Source of the DNA: Leptogorgia sarmentosa
Taxonomy: Eukaryota
Length of the DNA: 64,000 bases
NCBI GenBank assembly: GCA_964658305.1
Contig: OZ210885.1
Span: forward strand, 6,696,001 to 6,760,000
Direction of reading: 5' to 3'
Below are positions 37,188 to 49,391 of this stretch, one piece after another; position 1 is the first letter of the stretch; the number at the start of each line of letters is the position of its first letter. A model generated the notes under the pieces. That model saw nothing but the letters and a program-made list of their open reading frames with translations. It ran no database searches and was not told where the DNA came from. Both the position numbers and the translations under genes were made by a program.

Positions 37188-37786
37188 AAAAGAGGATAAG
37201 GCATATCCACAGCAAATACAACATTTTTATAACTCTACTTTTGATCATACTTGAGAGAAGGACTTTCAATGGCTAATTTAAATTGCAAATCAGCTATTTT
37301 TGGCGCTGTATCCGACATTGTGGAATTTTAGGAATTTAGCTGAGCACATAAACATATTGCACAGCTGTGTAGCTTTAAAAAGTAAACATGGCGGACACGA
37401 AGGAAGCAAATTTTTATGTTTTTCACGGGTTTTTTCCCTGTTTTACGAGGCTTTGGGCCTAAATTTTTTGCTAGAAATATGGACACGTTTGGGGCTAAAA
37501 GGAACCGCTTTCTGTGGACTTTTAAACATTACAAATGGTTTAAACTGGTAGCGGAACTTTCAAACTTTAAAATACGATGTTTGCAACATTGAAAACCTGA
37601 AGATAAACCAGGGTAATTTTGCCACCAATTCGGGCATTACAGCATAAATTATGGATTTAATACAGCTTATTAAGGGCATAGCTGGTTTGATAATTATTTT
37701 ATGAGGAACCCACTTCCCGAATCCTTTGGATTATATAATTTCGTACAGGCTCACCTTGGGTTATTTTAATCATTTGCATTTTACTA

Positions 37787-38306
37787 CAGTGGAACCCCAT
37801 TAATACGGTCACCAACGGGACGAAATAATATGGCCGTATTAACGGGGTGGCCGTATTAACAGGGTGAGATCAAATTTCAATTATGACGTCATTAAAGCTA
37901 TGTTTATTCTTAATCAGAATAACACCCATACCCAACCCTAAATATCAATTAATCGCTAAACATTATAAAGTTCTCAAAGTTTTAACTAATTTTAAAGAAA
38001 CAGTGTTAGGATTTCGTAAAATAATCTGTGACTTTCGATTGGTTGTTCCTTTTCTGAAGCCAATTGTTTTGTGTTTGAAAAATCACTTTCGAAAGTTCGT
38101 TTGCCGTAGTAATGTCTCCCTTTGACTCTAAAAACTGCAAAGCGTCTTCAAGGTTTGTTATAGCTTCCTTATATGAGGTAACCTTTAATGTCGGAATGAA
38201 AATTCCTTCCTCATCATCAGCACCATTTGCGTTGGTGTCATCGTCGCTGTCGTTGATATCAACAGTTGATTGATTCACGCCTAAACCTCTGAAGAAACTG
38301 TCTTCC
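37787..38306 (-). mobile_element. 3' end of a pogo/Tigger element
   Basis: TA|cagtggaacccc terminus with repeated ggccgtattaac. ORF 38006-38278 ends ALQFLE...QSKVTDYF, typical of Tigger C-termini. Confidence 0.7.
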
Positions 38307-39022
38307 TAGCCTGCTCGCAGACTGAATTTTAATCTCCGGAAATTGGAAGGGGGAAAATTCGGTCTGCTGAAATCCGAGCATAATCGTGTATGGTGACGTA
38401 AGCACTTACACGAGAATAAGTAGCTGGTTGTAATTGGCAAGCAATAGATGAAGTTCTATGATTGGCTCGTTCTTTTAAATTATTCTTACATTAATTTTTG
38501 GTGAATGTGGCAAGATGGCGGCGCTTAATTATCAAACATGTTCCTGATCATCGTTGGGTTACCGCTTTGCGTATTGTGTGTTCTACGTTCAATATTAATG
38601 AATTATATCCTGAACAAATCGAGGCGTTAAAGGCATACTTTTCAGACCAACATGTGTATGTAAATTTACCAACTTCATATGGGAAGTCATTGATCTTTCT
38701 AGCAGTGCCGTTGATTCACGACATCATAAAACTACGACTCAGTAACACAAGTATCATGGTTGTAATTTCGCCTTTAAAGTCCCTTATGGAAGAACAGGTT
38801 TCCTTCTTAAAAAGTTTGAAAATACCTGCCGTTTGTATTACAGACGAATCAAAAGACAATGTAATAGAAGGTGTGATGCAAGGTCGATATTCTCATGTTT
38901 ATGCCTCTCCCGAGTGTCTCCTTTCAACTAGCAAATGGAGAGGAATTTTTAACTCGAAAGCTTTTTTAGAAAATCTGGTTGGAGTCGCTGTAGACGAAGC
39001 ACACTGCATCCACCAGTGGTAA
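38307..39022 (+). mobile_element. 5' fragment of an AcademH-like element with a RecQ-like helicase exon (38498-39018)
   Basis: Begins tagcctgctcgcag with a subterminal hairpin. Motifs [38 protein letters not shown], followed by a GT donor (cagtg|gtaag). Confidence 0.8.
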
Positions 39023-39109
39023 GCTTTTACGTTTCAAATAATTCCAAAACAATTTTTTTTCTTAAAATACACAACATGCACATTAAGAAAATGATTTTCA
39101 AGAAAATCT

Positions 39110-39320
39110 TCTAGCCTAGCTCTCACGCCACCGTGATGGACCCTAACGTGGCTATCCCTTATAATAAGTCTGGTAGACTGATGTTCCCTTGGTAAAATAA
39201 TAGGTTTCCTACTTTCGGCTTCTAGGTCAGAGTTTAGCAATCTACCCTGGCAGCGCAATATTCCGTCTTCACTTTTTAATCCGAGACCTTTTACTAGTTG
39301 CTGAAAGTTATGCTGTTTTC
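39110..39320 (-). pseudogene. BEL/Pao pol fragment (integrase Zn-binding region)
   Basis: ILRCQGRL..RKPIILPREH..LIIRDSHVRVHHGGV. Confidence 0.75.
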
Positions 39321-39735
39321 GAGCAGTGTTTCAAAATATTGATAAACCTGCTTAATAACAAATCCTCGTTACCTACGACTCATTAATTCGAAAAATTATA
39401 AGTTTTTATAAGCCCGCCAGATTAAAGAGTTTCATAGAAGGAAACAAAGATGAAGCGGGTGTACAAATCTTCATGGATTCTTGCACATCAATCAGTGCCG
39501 GATTATCTAGGGGGCAATGGGGGCATTTGCCCCCGGCCCCAGCTCAAACGCTTATTTACCGGCCCAAGAAAAACAATGTATAAAAAATTTCAGTTACTGT
39601 GGTTTCGAAAAAAAAAAATTTTGATTAAAAATTGGCCAATTGAAAGCCAGGATGTTCTAGAGTCCTAAATTACTGAAGAACTATCTGCGTCTATAGACAA
39701 CGATAAGATTGCAAACTTCAACCTACTTATAGCAT

Positions 39736-40048
39736 CATAGGCGTACGATGCGCGGTGCAAGGAGGAAACTGCCCCCCCAAAAAATTTCAAATCGGAAAAT
39801 TCGGGCACTGATTTTGAGCATAATACGGGCAAAAATGTCAACAATACTCCAGTCGTTCACCTGAACGAACGTACCAAGAAAGTGGAGTTAGGACTCTGAA
39901 ATCGCCATTTCCGGCAATCCAGAGGTTGTAAAAGTTCAAAAATTTCTCGCTCAGCGCCAACCATGGTGGCGCCTCTTGACATTTGCTACCCTCAAATTCG
40001 GGCAAAGATATTTCTGCCCCCTGAAAAAATGTAGCCCGTACACTTATG
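39736..40048. mobile_element. Small hAT-like MITE
   Basis: Imperfect TIRs cataggcgtacg / cgtacacttatg, internal ttcgggca repeats, and flanks tatagcat / cttagcat (6 of 8 match). Confidence 0.6.
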
Positions 40049-40244
40049 CTTAGCATTGAACACGAAATACTAGACTCACTTAAGTTAATGTCGAAGTGGC
40101 TGGTAATGCCACTTTCACGTTGAAATGCTATTCCCTATGTTCATGCATATTATAGTTCTTGACAATAATAATCGATTTGATTACATATATGTTTCATGTT
40201 TTCATATTCACCAAATTACGGCCCTTTACTTTTTGTTTGTCCCC

Positions 40245-40428
40245 GGCGCTGGCTGTGACATGTGTTTCAAAGCAAACACGGGATTGATTTATCACAGATC
40301 CTCAAGTCGATGGGATTGTGATAATTGTGGTATGGCTTTCCATCCTTCGCCAAACAAATATCCAAACCATTGTCGAATGTGTAATTTTGACTTGTGTGAT
40401 ATCTGTTTGAGTATCACGGATCCCAAAG
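40245..40428 (+). other. Cys-rich (DC1/ZZ-like) exon-like fragment
   Basis: WDCDNC...HCRMCNFDLCDIC ending at a g|gtaaaa donor. No other exons identified. Confidence 0.4.
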
Positions 40429-40939
40429 GTAAAATTGAAGGTATGAAACCCCACTTGCATCTCTGTGGGTTATTTCATTTTTTTAATCAACAGGTGTATA
40501 TATTTCCATCGTACTCGCTCTATTTCTATCATACTCGTACCCAAATTTTAGACCATTTTGTCATCAGGAATAGCGATATGTTATATTACTGAGGGAGGGG
40601 AGTGCGGTCTCCGCGAGGATATACCCCACCAGCCCACCAGAAACTTTACGTAAGTTAATTCGAAAGCTGGGGTGACTCCCTAAATCTTAATTATTTAGCA
40701 ACCGCACACCATATACAGTACGTACACCTTATAAAACTCAACAAATTTGACCTAAATTATTATTATCAGCAAGCCTTAGCGATTAAGCTTTGAGTGACTG
40801 ATGTGACTAACATCCCTATTTCATATTTTATTTTACATGTCTTGGAAGAAGAATTGCGTTGCAAGTTGGAAGAAAAATTGCACCGTGTAACAGAGCCTTA
40901 AGAATAGGGAAAAATTAATTTTGTTTTTTTCGTGCCGCA

Positions 40940-42141
40940 TTTCCACATTCGTCATAACAATGGCGTCAGCGAATCAATATGGTTCTCGTCGTCATAGTGA
41001 TATGGTGCAAACGCGTCCAAATTTTCGTTCATATTGACTCTTTAACGTCATTTTATGAATGTGAAAAATCAATATTTGGTTAGCTATTCAGATGATATGA
41101 CAAATTCACGGTTTGCTCTTAGCCGAACAGGGACAGGGAATATTTATCATTTATAGACCCGGAGCGAGGGGGATTCGGCGTAATATTTTCCGAAGTGATG
41201 ATATTTTATATGATGATAAGAAAACCAAACAAGCGACAAAATATGGTTTAAAAATCTTTCAAAGTAAAATATTTTATTTATTGTTATTTTTATGCAACAA
41301 AACTGGCTTTTTTCACTAGCAAAGTGGTGATATGAGCGTGAATTATTTTATGTAAACAAAGTAAACAAAACTTGAATTTCTACTTAACAGACAGTTTGAA
41401 TCAAATCAGTTTGACCTGGAAATTTATACTAAATTTCTCAGGCTCGGTGATTACAAGCCTATATTCACTTCGCCGCTTCGCGGCTCAGTGAATATAGGCT
41501 TGTAATCACCTCGCCTTCGGCGACTAATTGTTAAATAGATAGCGAGTAGAGTAGCCAATCAAATTGCAGCATTTGCAATAGTATACGAGTATGATTCTAC
41601 TAATAAATTTTAGTAGAATCATACTCGTATACTATTGCAAATGCTGCAATGTGATTGGCTACTCTACTCGATATCTATTCCTCGATAGATAGCGAGTAGC
41701 AAAATATGTGAATTTTCGTTCAAGAAAATGTCTTCTGAGACGCGTTTTTAAATTATTTTTTGCAATATTTTCATGTTTGATCTCTGATTCTACTAAAACA
41801 ATTAGATTACTCGCTCTCGATTTCTACGAGATGATAGTTGATTCGGGCTTCGCCCTCATCAACTATCACCTCATAGAAATCGAGAGCGAGTAATCTAATT
41901 GTTAATTAGTATACACCCAACCATCGTCTATTACAAGTGCTACATTCTGATTGGCTACTCGGCTAGCTATTCTGTGATAGACCACGGTTCGCGAAAAAAG
42001 TAAAGGAAAACAATATGGCTACTGCAGAAAACTCGCGTTTTGCTAAGGTTTCTGAAAAATTTTCTTTATATAAATCATTCTGCGCATAGAGTGTATACTA
42101 AAACAATTAGACAACTCGGCTTCATTATCTAATTGTTAAAT
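40940..42141. repeat. Cluster of Crypton-like non-autonomous hairpin repeats
   Basis: Three units end in taattgttaa (about 41526, 41896 and 42130); the first two have long subterminal hairpins. A long palindrome spans about 41535-41678. Remnant peptide KKTKQATKYGLKIFQ. Confidence 0.6.
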
Positions 42142-42265
42142 AGACGTTGTACTAGAATTGCTAATTAAAAGAACGTTTTAGAACATATAACCAATGCCAT
42201 GTTGCTACATTGATGTCATGGATTTATATGGTCCTGTAATAATATTAGATAGGAATTTATTCATA

Positions 42266-42705
42266 CCTTGCAACTTTATGTCTCTAAAATTCCGCCCCTT
42301 GAACTGGCCAGCCTTCCTTCATCCACAGCTACAAGAAGATTCCCAACGATTGCCATTTCGATAGTGCTCTCTTGTAGCCGGTAAAAATCTTTATGAATTT
42401 GGATGTCATGGCCAAGATGCCTGGCCAGCCATCCAATTTCTGCTTCGTTCATGTCCACAATCTGCGAGACGGTGGCCACGTATTTCCTCAGCTTTGTCGA
42501 GGTAAGCTGCTCTGGATTCTTGAGTTCGACATGGCGAACAACATTTGCAATGGCTTGGCATCCCCTGATGTTATTCTTAGAATTGTCATTATTGACGGCG
42601 AAGACATATGGGTTATCCGGATGAACGCCAACTTCATCACGAGTCTTAATTAATATTTCAATTGCTCTTTGTACCCCTGGGGTAATGATAATGGCTAATC
42701 TTGCC
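42266..42705 (-). pseudogene. Tyrosine-recombinase-like C-terminal exon (Crypton-related)
   Basis: NPYVFA...LTSTKLRKYVAT...LARHLGHDIQIHKDFYR carries the xxxR, LGH and Y catalytic pattern, bounded by AG (about 42706) and GT (about 42266). Confidence 0.65.
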
Positions 42706-43290
42706 TAAGCAGACTGAATTAGTACAATTAACATCAATTGTTCTATAACTTTAGAACTATCATGAAACTGAACAAAATCTACCTTATGAAATTAGTTTGC
42801 AAATGTCCACTAAATGTCAGAAAATGTTTACTATTAAACTTAAATGCCAATATGATCGACATCAATTATTTTAAAACTTCGGCTATCATATGAGAGTGTA
42901 GCGTATATCTGGCGATAAGGACGAGTTCCATACTGAATCGACAATCGACGTTGTGTGTTTGATTTATATAATTGGTCGACACGTAAAAACTACAGATAAG
43001 CAAACAACATTTAAATACATATACAACTAAGCAGGACTACATATACGAATCACATAAGTATCACTGACATATAAAACATATAGTGATATATAACATACCT
43101 CTGTCCCCGTATTTTACAATAAACTACAGTACGTTTCCAAGTACGAACGATTTCGAGTATGAACAGATACGATGTCAATTACAAGATACGAATACTTCCA
43201 GGAGCGTTTACTTTTATACTCAATTTGCATACACGTAACACAATACCTTACAACACATACGTCACACTACATTACAACACATACGTCACA

Positions 43291-44200
43291 TTACATTACA
43301 GAGAGTTTTACAGTACTCAACAACAAAATGGCTTCTACTATCTTCTCTTCAGGCATGTCGTCATCAAGCCCACAAACATCTTGGAATTTGTGCATTGTGT
43401 CGTTGAACACCGACAGACGAAGCTTCTCGTGTGGGGAACCGACGCTCTCAACATAAAGTTGCAGAGACCATTGAGAATACGCCACAATACGCCAACTTAC
43501 CTGTCATGATGACCTTCTTGCCACATGAACAACAACACAGACTTTTGGTCGCGGATGTTACGCCAAGTATATTCGCCGTTTTTTTTGTTTATCGGCGAAA
43601 CTACTTCGTCACTTGTGAGAGGCTCGGAGAAGTCTTCTATAACATCTTTATCACACAGTCGTCATTCTTTGGGGGTGTTCAGGTACCTCTCCAAACTTGT
43701 GACGCGAACTCTCGCCTTGTTGAAGAAATATGTCTTATCTTCTTCGACTGAATCGGTGTATTCACCCCAAAGAATCAACATCATGAATCCCGACGGATCA
43801 CAAACATAGCACTCTTGTTTTCTTACTGGATCTCCTCCGACCAGGACAACATTTTTAGGCGATGACAAGTGTTTAACACGGGCCTTTACAGCTACTAGTT
43901 GATCTGGCACTACCTGCGACAACGAGGTGATATTTGAAGAACTGGTCTCCACACCTTGGTACTGGAAGGCAACTGTTGTAGGGATCAGGATAGGATACTT
44001 TGTACTAATATTGTACTTATTTATTTTGACGGCAGTTTTCTGCTGAGCCATGGCTTGGAGGGTTTTCCTTTTCTCAGGTGAAAACCATACCGCTTTTACC
44101 ACACAAGACTCTCTGTCTGGATGTCACAATTCATGTATTCTGATCCATACGATCTCTTCACTGGCGACATGGAATGGATAAAACAATCGATGTCTGGCAA
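43291..44200 (-). pseudogene. RPA70-like tandem OB-fold ssDNA-binding protein, decayed
   Basis: KAVWFSPEK..AVKI; QLVAVKARV..KQECYVCDPSGFMMLILWGEY...VEEDKTY (OB-fold pattern); a further OB-like segment at 43291-43485. Several frameshifts. Confidence 0.65.
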
Positions 44201-44538
44201 TTTTATTTAGCGCAAAAACGGAAATTTAAATTTCGCATGGTTGGTTAAAATATCATGTATGAAGCAGTTATTATATAGGAATATATTTTACCTTGTTCCT
44301 TTCTCGCCATTTTAGAGGCCATAGTAGCTTCTTTAACAAATCAAAAGATTTAACCAAAAAACAACAACGATAACTGCAACAATATAGTTACTTGTACTCT
44401 TATAGGCAAAGGCTGGACGTCTTGATTTCCTATTGGTTACGTCCTACCTGTCATGTTACACATCTGATTTCATGATTAGTGATCGGATAAAAATCGCGAA
44501 AGGAACAAAAGCATTAAAATTCGCACTAGCTTAATTAA

Positions 44539-45295
44539 TAGCAAAAGTGCAAATTATATTAGAAAAAATTTCACAGCATCTTTACCAAATTGGCGGCAAA
44601 AGTGTTATAAATCTCTTAAGTAGTGTTCAGAGTTTCCTTACAACAGTAGCTCTGCTTTTCCCAATGCATTAAGTCGTTGTCCACAATTTGGCCTTGGGTC
44701 TTTTTTGCGATCGTTTTTACCATTTTTCTAAAAGGCCACATATGAAGACTGAATATGTCCCATTCAAATATCTATCTGATTATGCCTATGGTTTCTAAAT
44801 TACAATGTACATTAGCTCTACAGTGTATTCCGGTCAAGCCCTCTGATTAGACAAAATATAACTGTGCCGTAAACCAAGGTGTTAGCTAGCTTAATTATAA
44901 TACATGCGAAGTCAGTATACAAATGTATGCAGCTTTATCGGATTGGCAGCAAAAGTGTAAGCCTTGAGTTGGTGCTAGGAAACAGATTCGAATAAAGTGG
45001 TATAAAACTTTCATTTTAGCAAAAGTGCAAATTATATTAGAAAAAAATTTCACAGCATCTTTACCAAATTGGCGGCCTCTTAAGTAGTGTTCAGAGTTTC
45101 CTTGCAACAGTAGCTCTGCATTTTACAATGCTTTAAGTCGTTGTCCAATGTCGGTCAAAATATTGAGCATTTGTAATGTCTTTGACCCTAACTGACTGTT
45201 TCTAGGATGTTTGAAAGAGACAACATATCAAGAAAATCTCCCACTCAAATATATATCTGATAATGCCTAGCCTATGGTTTCTCAATTTCAATGTA
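44539..45295 (+). repeat. Diverged direct duplication, about 480-bp period
   Basis: tagcaaaagtgcaaattatattagaaaaaa...aagtcgttgtcca occurs at 44539 and 45017; aaata.ctatctga...atggtttct occurs at about 44766 and 45248. Confidence 0.8.
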
Positions 45296-45656
45296 AATTC
45301 TTTTTGCCTGTAATAAATGAAGTGTCACTAGAACCAGGCAGTTGGCGAACCAGGCAGTGGCGTAGCGAAGCCATTCCGATAGGGGGGGGGGGGTGTAAAG
45401 CAAAATATTTTACCAACCTAAATCACGCAGGAAAGAACGCACAATCCAGTTTTTGACCGCAGTAAAAGATCAATATGTTAAAATATTGCAGCACCAGCAT
45501 TAATACACTGAATCAGCCTCATATGCAAATTGTACAATGATACTTAGGCTATGGTTTTGCAAATCTCTGGGAGTCCTCACCCTTGCCCACACCCCCAGGC
45601 AAGCTAAACATTATGTACATCACATGTAGAAGGGAGTACAACCATTGGTCAGCAAT

Positions 45657-46383
45657 GGGCCAATTGCGGAATTACAAAGCATCATGGTAGTTTAGTTACA
45701 CAGCGGAATTTTTCAAAATGGCGCTTGTATTTTTCGAACGAGGGAAGGTACTAAACACACGAGGATTGCAAGAAAACTTTCATCAATTTCGCTTTGATTA
45801 AAGTTTTTACTAAATCTGAATGACTTATTCCATATGTCTACTGCGTCTTGGACTTCTACGAGCGAGTGTCGTTGAAATATTCAACATGGCGTGCAAGGTC
45901 ACTGAAGCGAGGAAGGAGTTCGATTCGCAGGAGTCGGAACAGATTTTTGGATATTTCACAGTATGAAGGTGAGTACTGTATTAAAATATTTTCGAGGTAT
46001 GAAACACGTTGTGACTCATTGTTTGGCTTAAAATTTCAACGATCGGTTTAATTCTAGCGACTCGAGAGGCAAAAATGTTTGCACACTCGACCGTTCTAAA
46101 ACAACACATGGTTGATCAAACGTTCTTCTCACAAAGCAAAACATTTAGGTTGTTTGGCGCGAAAAATCAAAACAGTTACTGTTTCAAAAAGCGAGCTTTC
46201 AATTTTCAAAGGTGTTCAAAAATTAAAAAAGTACTTTTAAGTACTATTCACTGCTATTCAAGTGTCTTATTGGAGTTAAAATTACAACGTATAAATACGC
46301 GAGTCAAATTTGAAGTAACCTCCGCTTGTTCCGAGTATATTTTGGCAAGTTTCGGGCCGTTTGGTTTGCCGTTTGTTTGAATA
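45657..46383 (+). repeat. Left TIR (727 bp)
   Basis: Reverse complement of 49391-50117. The ORF track shows identical mirrored 67-aa and 101-aa ORFs; one mismatch noticed near 45674. Confidence 0.95.
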
Positions 46384-46386
46384 AAT

Positions 46387-47790
46387 ATGGCGAGTGACAC
46401 GGAAAAAGTGCCTAAAGTTAAAAAGTACGGGGGAACGACCTGTTGTGTGCCACTTTGTCGAAGCAACAGTGTGAAAAATCCGGAATTATCCTTCCATAAA
46501 TTCCCTGTGGATTCCAGCTTGAAAGAGATATGGTTGAATTTGTTGGGAATACAAAGTCAACCTTTAAAAAGCCACAAAGTGTGTTCTTTACATTTTCCTG
46601 GTGGAAAGAAATCTTTTGGTGCATTGCCAACTGTTCTTAAAATATCATGTAGACAAACTGTAAACAGTAGCCATGGCAGGGAACTAGACAACATTGAGAG
46701 TACTAGTACTACTGAAACAACCCAACTGTCGGAACAACAAATGACTGACATTGATGCACAAAGGTCAACCAATGAAATACTAAAAACTGAACATGCTGAA
46801 TTGAAAAGAAAATATGATGAGTTATCATCTAAATACGAACAGTGTGTACTGCGAATAGATCATGTACTTGCCAGTGACACAAATTTTAAATTCTACACAG
46901 GCTTTCAAAATTATGCAACATTTAAAGTTTTCTTTGACTTTCTGCAACCTGCATGTAATTTCCTGTCTTATGCTGGTTCGAGTAACAATGTAGAGTACTC
47001 AACAGATTCGAAAAAGCTAGGAAGAAAAAGGTCATTGTCACCAGAGCAGGAGCTGTTTATGGTTCTGGTTCGCCTACGTTGTGGTCTTATGGGGGTTGAC
47101 ATTGCTCACCGATTTGGTATCTCAGAAGCACATGTTTCCCGTATATGGGCTACTTGGTTAGAGTTTCTCTATCACAGGTTAAGAGCCTTACCTATCTGGG
47201 CATCACATGATTATATACAACAAACCATGCCACAACCTTTCAAAGAAACCTACCCAAATACTCGAGTAATTATTGATTGTACAGAACTACTTATTGAAAT
47301 GCCAACATCATTTAGAAGTCAGTCTGCAACATTTTCATCATATAAAAATCACAATACTGCTAAGGGTTTGCTGGGAATTTCTCCTGCCGGGTACCCAACA
47401 TTTGTATCAGAATTGTATGCTGGAAGGGCTTCCGATAAACAAGTGACCAAAGATTGTGGCATTCTCACTTTGCTTGAGTCAGGAGATGACATTATGGCAG
47501 ACAGGGGTTTTGATATAGCAGATGATATGCCTGCTGGTGTAAGCCTCAACATACCACCTTTTCTAAATGGTGCAAGTCAACTTTCACTTGCTGCTGAAAA
47601 CGATACACGAAAGATTGCAGCACTGAGAGTGCATGTGGAAAGAGCAATACAGCGCATAAAAAGTTTTAGAATTATAAAAAATGTCTTTCCACTGAAGATG
47701 TCATCAGACTTGAACAAAATATGGGTAATTTGTTCTTACCTCACTCTATTTTACCCACCTTTGATCAATGATAAGTGTGAATCAGCATGA
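46387..47790 (+). CDS. THAP + HTH + DDE_Tnp_4 transposase (ISL2EU type), intact 467 aa
   Basis: THAP CCVPLC..FHKFP..W..VCSLHF; HTH LSPEQELFMVLVRLR..IAHRFGIS; DDE triad IIDCTE, MADRGF, RVHVERAI. Confidence 0.93.
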   Translation: MASDTEKVPKVKKYGGTTCCVPLCRSNSVKNPELSFHKFPVDSSLKEIWLNLLGIQSQPLKSHKVCSLHFPGGKKSFGALPTVLKISCRQTVNSSHGRELDNIESTSTTETTQLSEQQMTDIDAQRSTNEILKTEHAELKRKYDELSSKYEQCVLRIDHVLASDTNFKFYTGFQNYATFKVFFDFLQPACNFLSYAGSSNNVEYSTDSKKLGRKRSLSPEQELFMVLVRLRCGLMGVDIAHRFGISEAHVSRIWATWLEFLYHRLRALPIWASHDYIQQTMPQPFKETYPNTRVIIDCTELLIEMPTSFRSQSATFSSYKNHNTAKGLLGISPAGYPTFVSELYAGRASDKQVTKDCGILTLLESGDDIMADRGFDIADDMPAGVSLNIPPFLNGASQLSLAAENDTRKIAALRVHVERAIQRIKSFRIIKNVFPLKMSSDLNKIWVICSYLTLFYPPLINDKCESA

Positions 47791-47824
47791 AACATCACAC
47801 AATTGTGTTCTTTAGAATTATTTT

Positions 47825-49391
47825 TTATGTAGCTACCAGTTTAGGATATATGTATGTGAAATAAAATGAAGTAAGTTTAGGTAACATTGTTTTGTACCAT
47901 AATTCATGATCAAAGTAAATTCTTTCACTAAATACTTCTTTGTTTGTATAAACAATAAAGTCTCCCCAATTAACTCTGCATGCAGACATAACACCTTGCA
48001 TTTGATAAAAATGATGATGATTTCGCTTAAGTTCTGGTTTTCCATTTACTTCGTGTAAATAGAATGATGAGTCACCCTTGCAAGCTTCTCCAATTGTCAT
48101 ATCTTTTTTGGAATATGGGCACCTCACCTATCCCAAATGATGTTGGCTCCGTATTATCATATAACAAGCAGTCCGGACTTGCTGCAAGCCATGGAGCTTC
48201 TAAGTTAACCATTAACCCACACTGAACACATGCAGTCATGAGTTCATGAAAATTCTTTTGCTCCAAATATTTTTCAATGGCAGTCTGCTCATTACTGTTG
48301 CCCCATTGGCATGCTTCTGGGGGCTTTGTAACATTACTTGCTGGTGAAAGGATTTTGCTAAGAAGTGATGTGGGGAAAACATTTTCCCTTCGTTTCATTA
48401 CTGCACCAAAATGTGAGGCAGTTGGGCGACCTCGTCGTTCATGAAACCAAAGTTTGCTTTGTGACTGACCTCTTGTATTGCATTCAATGTCAATCATTTG
48501 TTGTTTGGTTGTAAAAAGAGTGTTTCGAGTATATGGTGTATATTCCGGAGAAGGTAAATGTTTGCACACTTCCGCAAAGTCAGGAACATGAATTTGTTCC
48601 AGTACTGATTTTCGAATTTCGATATTGTACATTTGATTTGCAAATAGGTTTGCATCATTGAATGCCTTTTTTGAAGGCAATTCTTCAACAAATTCTTGGT
48701 ATTGGAATGGTTCACAATTATTGGACACTAAAAGGCCCTGTAAATAATCACAAGTGCCAACAGCTTTCAAACCACTCTCAAGTTTTTGTAAGTCTTCAAC
48801 ATTCACATGTTTAGCAAAAGCAGGTGCTGGGTTGTTGTAGTCTGCTGTGTAACATTTTTCTGTCTTGGAAGTTGCTTTGCTCATTTTTATTTGGTCAAAA
48901 AGCACTGTATTGTCAAGTTTCTCACTAGTATTAGGAACATGCCACTGTTGTAAAAGTTGTGTACATGTTAAATCATCTGGGACTTCAATTAATTCAAGTT
49001 GGATATAGTCCAAAATTTGAAATAGCAGGGCAGCTACGTGTTTACAGCAACCACCTTTTCCTGCTGTACAAGTGCAGGTTGCACAAGACACTTTACCAGT
49101 GTCCTGGTGTAGGTGAACATAAACAAGATAGTGTGCCTTTTTCATGGAGGCATGCACAACACTTTTGAACAAGAAAAACTTTTCTGTGCCTTTCAAAACA
49201 TTAGCCTTTACTACAACCTGGGTAACCATTTTATCTTTAAACAGTTGATAGCCATATTTTTTATGCTTGTGAGCATTCGGTGGTTTTCCAAGTTTATTTG
49301 AGTTGTCAGTAATCAAATATTCCTTCAATAATGCGTGGGTAAATGGGGGAATACCACGAAGGTTTCTTGTCCACTGTATTCCTTCCTCCAT
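47825..49391 (-). pseudogene. SWIM Zn finger + YqaJ (lambda-exonuclease-like) nuclease, one frameshift near 48122
   Basis: SWIM CTCTAG..CKHVAA; YqaJ TRGQS..W..ERRGRPTAS, WG..NE, LAASPD, GEV|CPY, YQMQG, DFIVYT. Likely start is MEEGIQ at 49391. Confidence 0.9.

Noticed and set aside
38498..39022. Host RecQ/BLM/WRN gene
   Set aside because: It is a single exon directly behind a transposon-like terminus and followed by BEL debris.
45848..46380. 67-aa and 101-aa ORFs mirrored at 49394-49926
   Set aside because: They are identical only because they lie within the TIRs, and they contain no recognisable domain.
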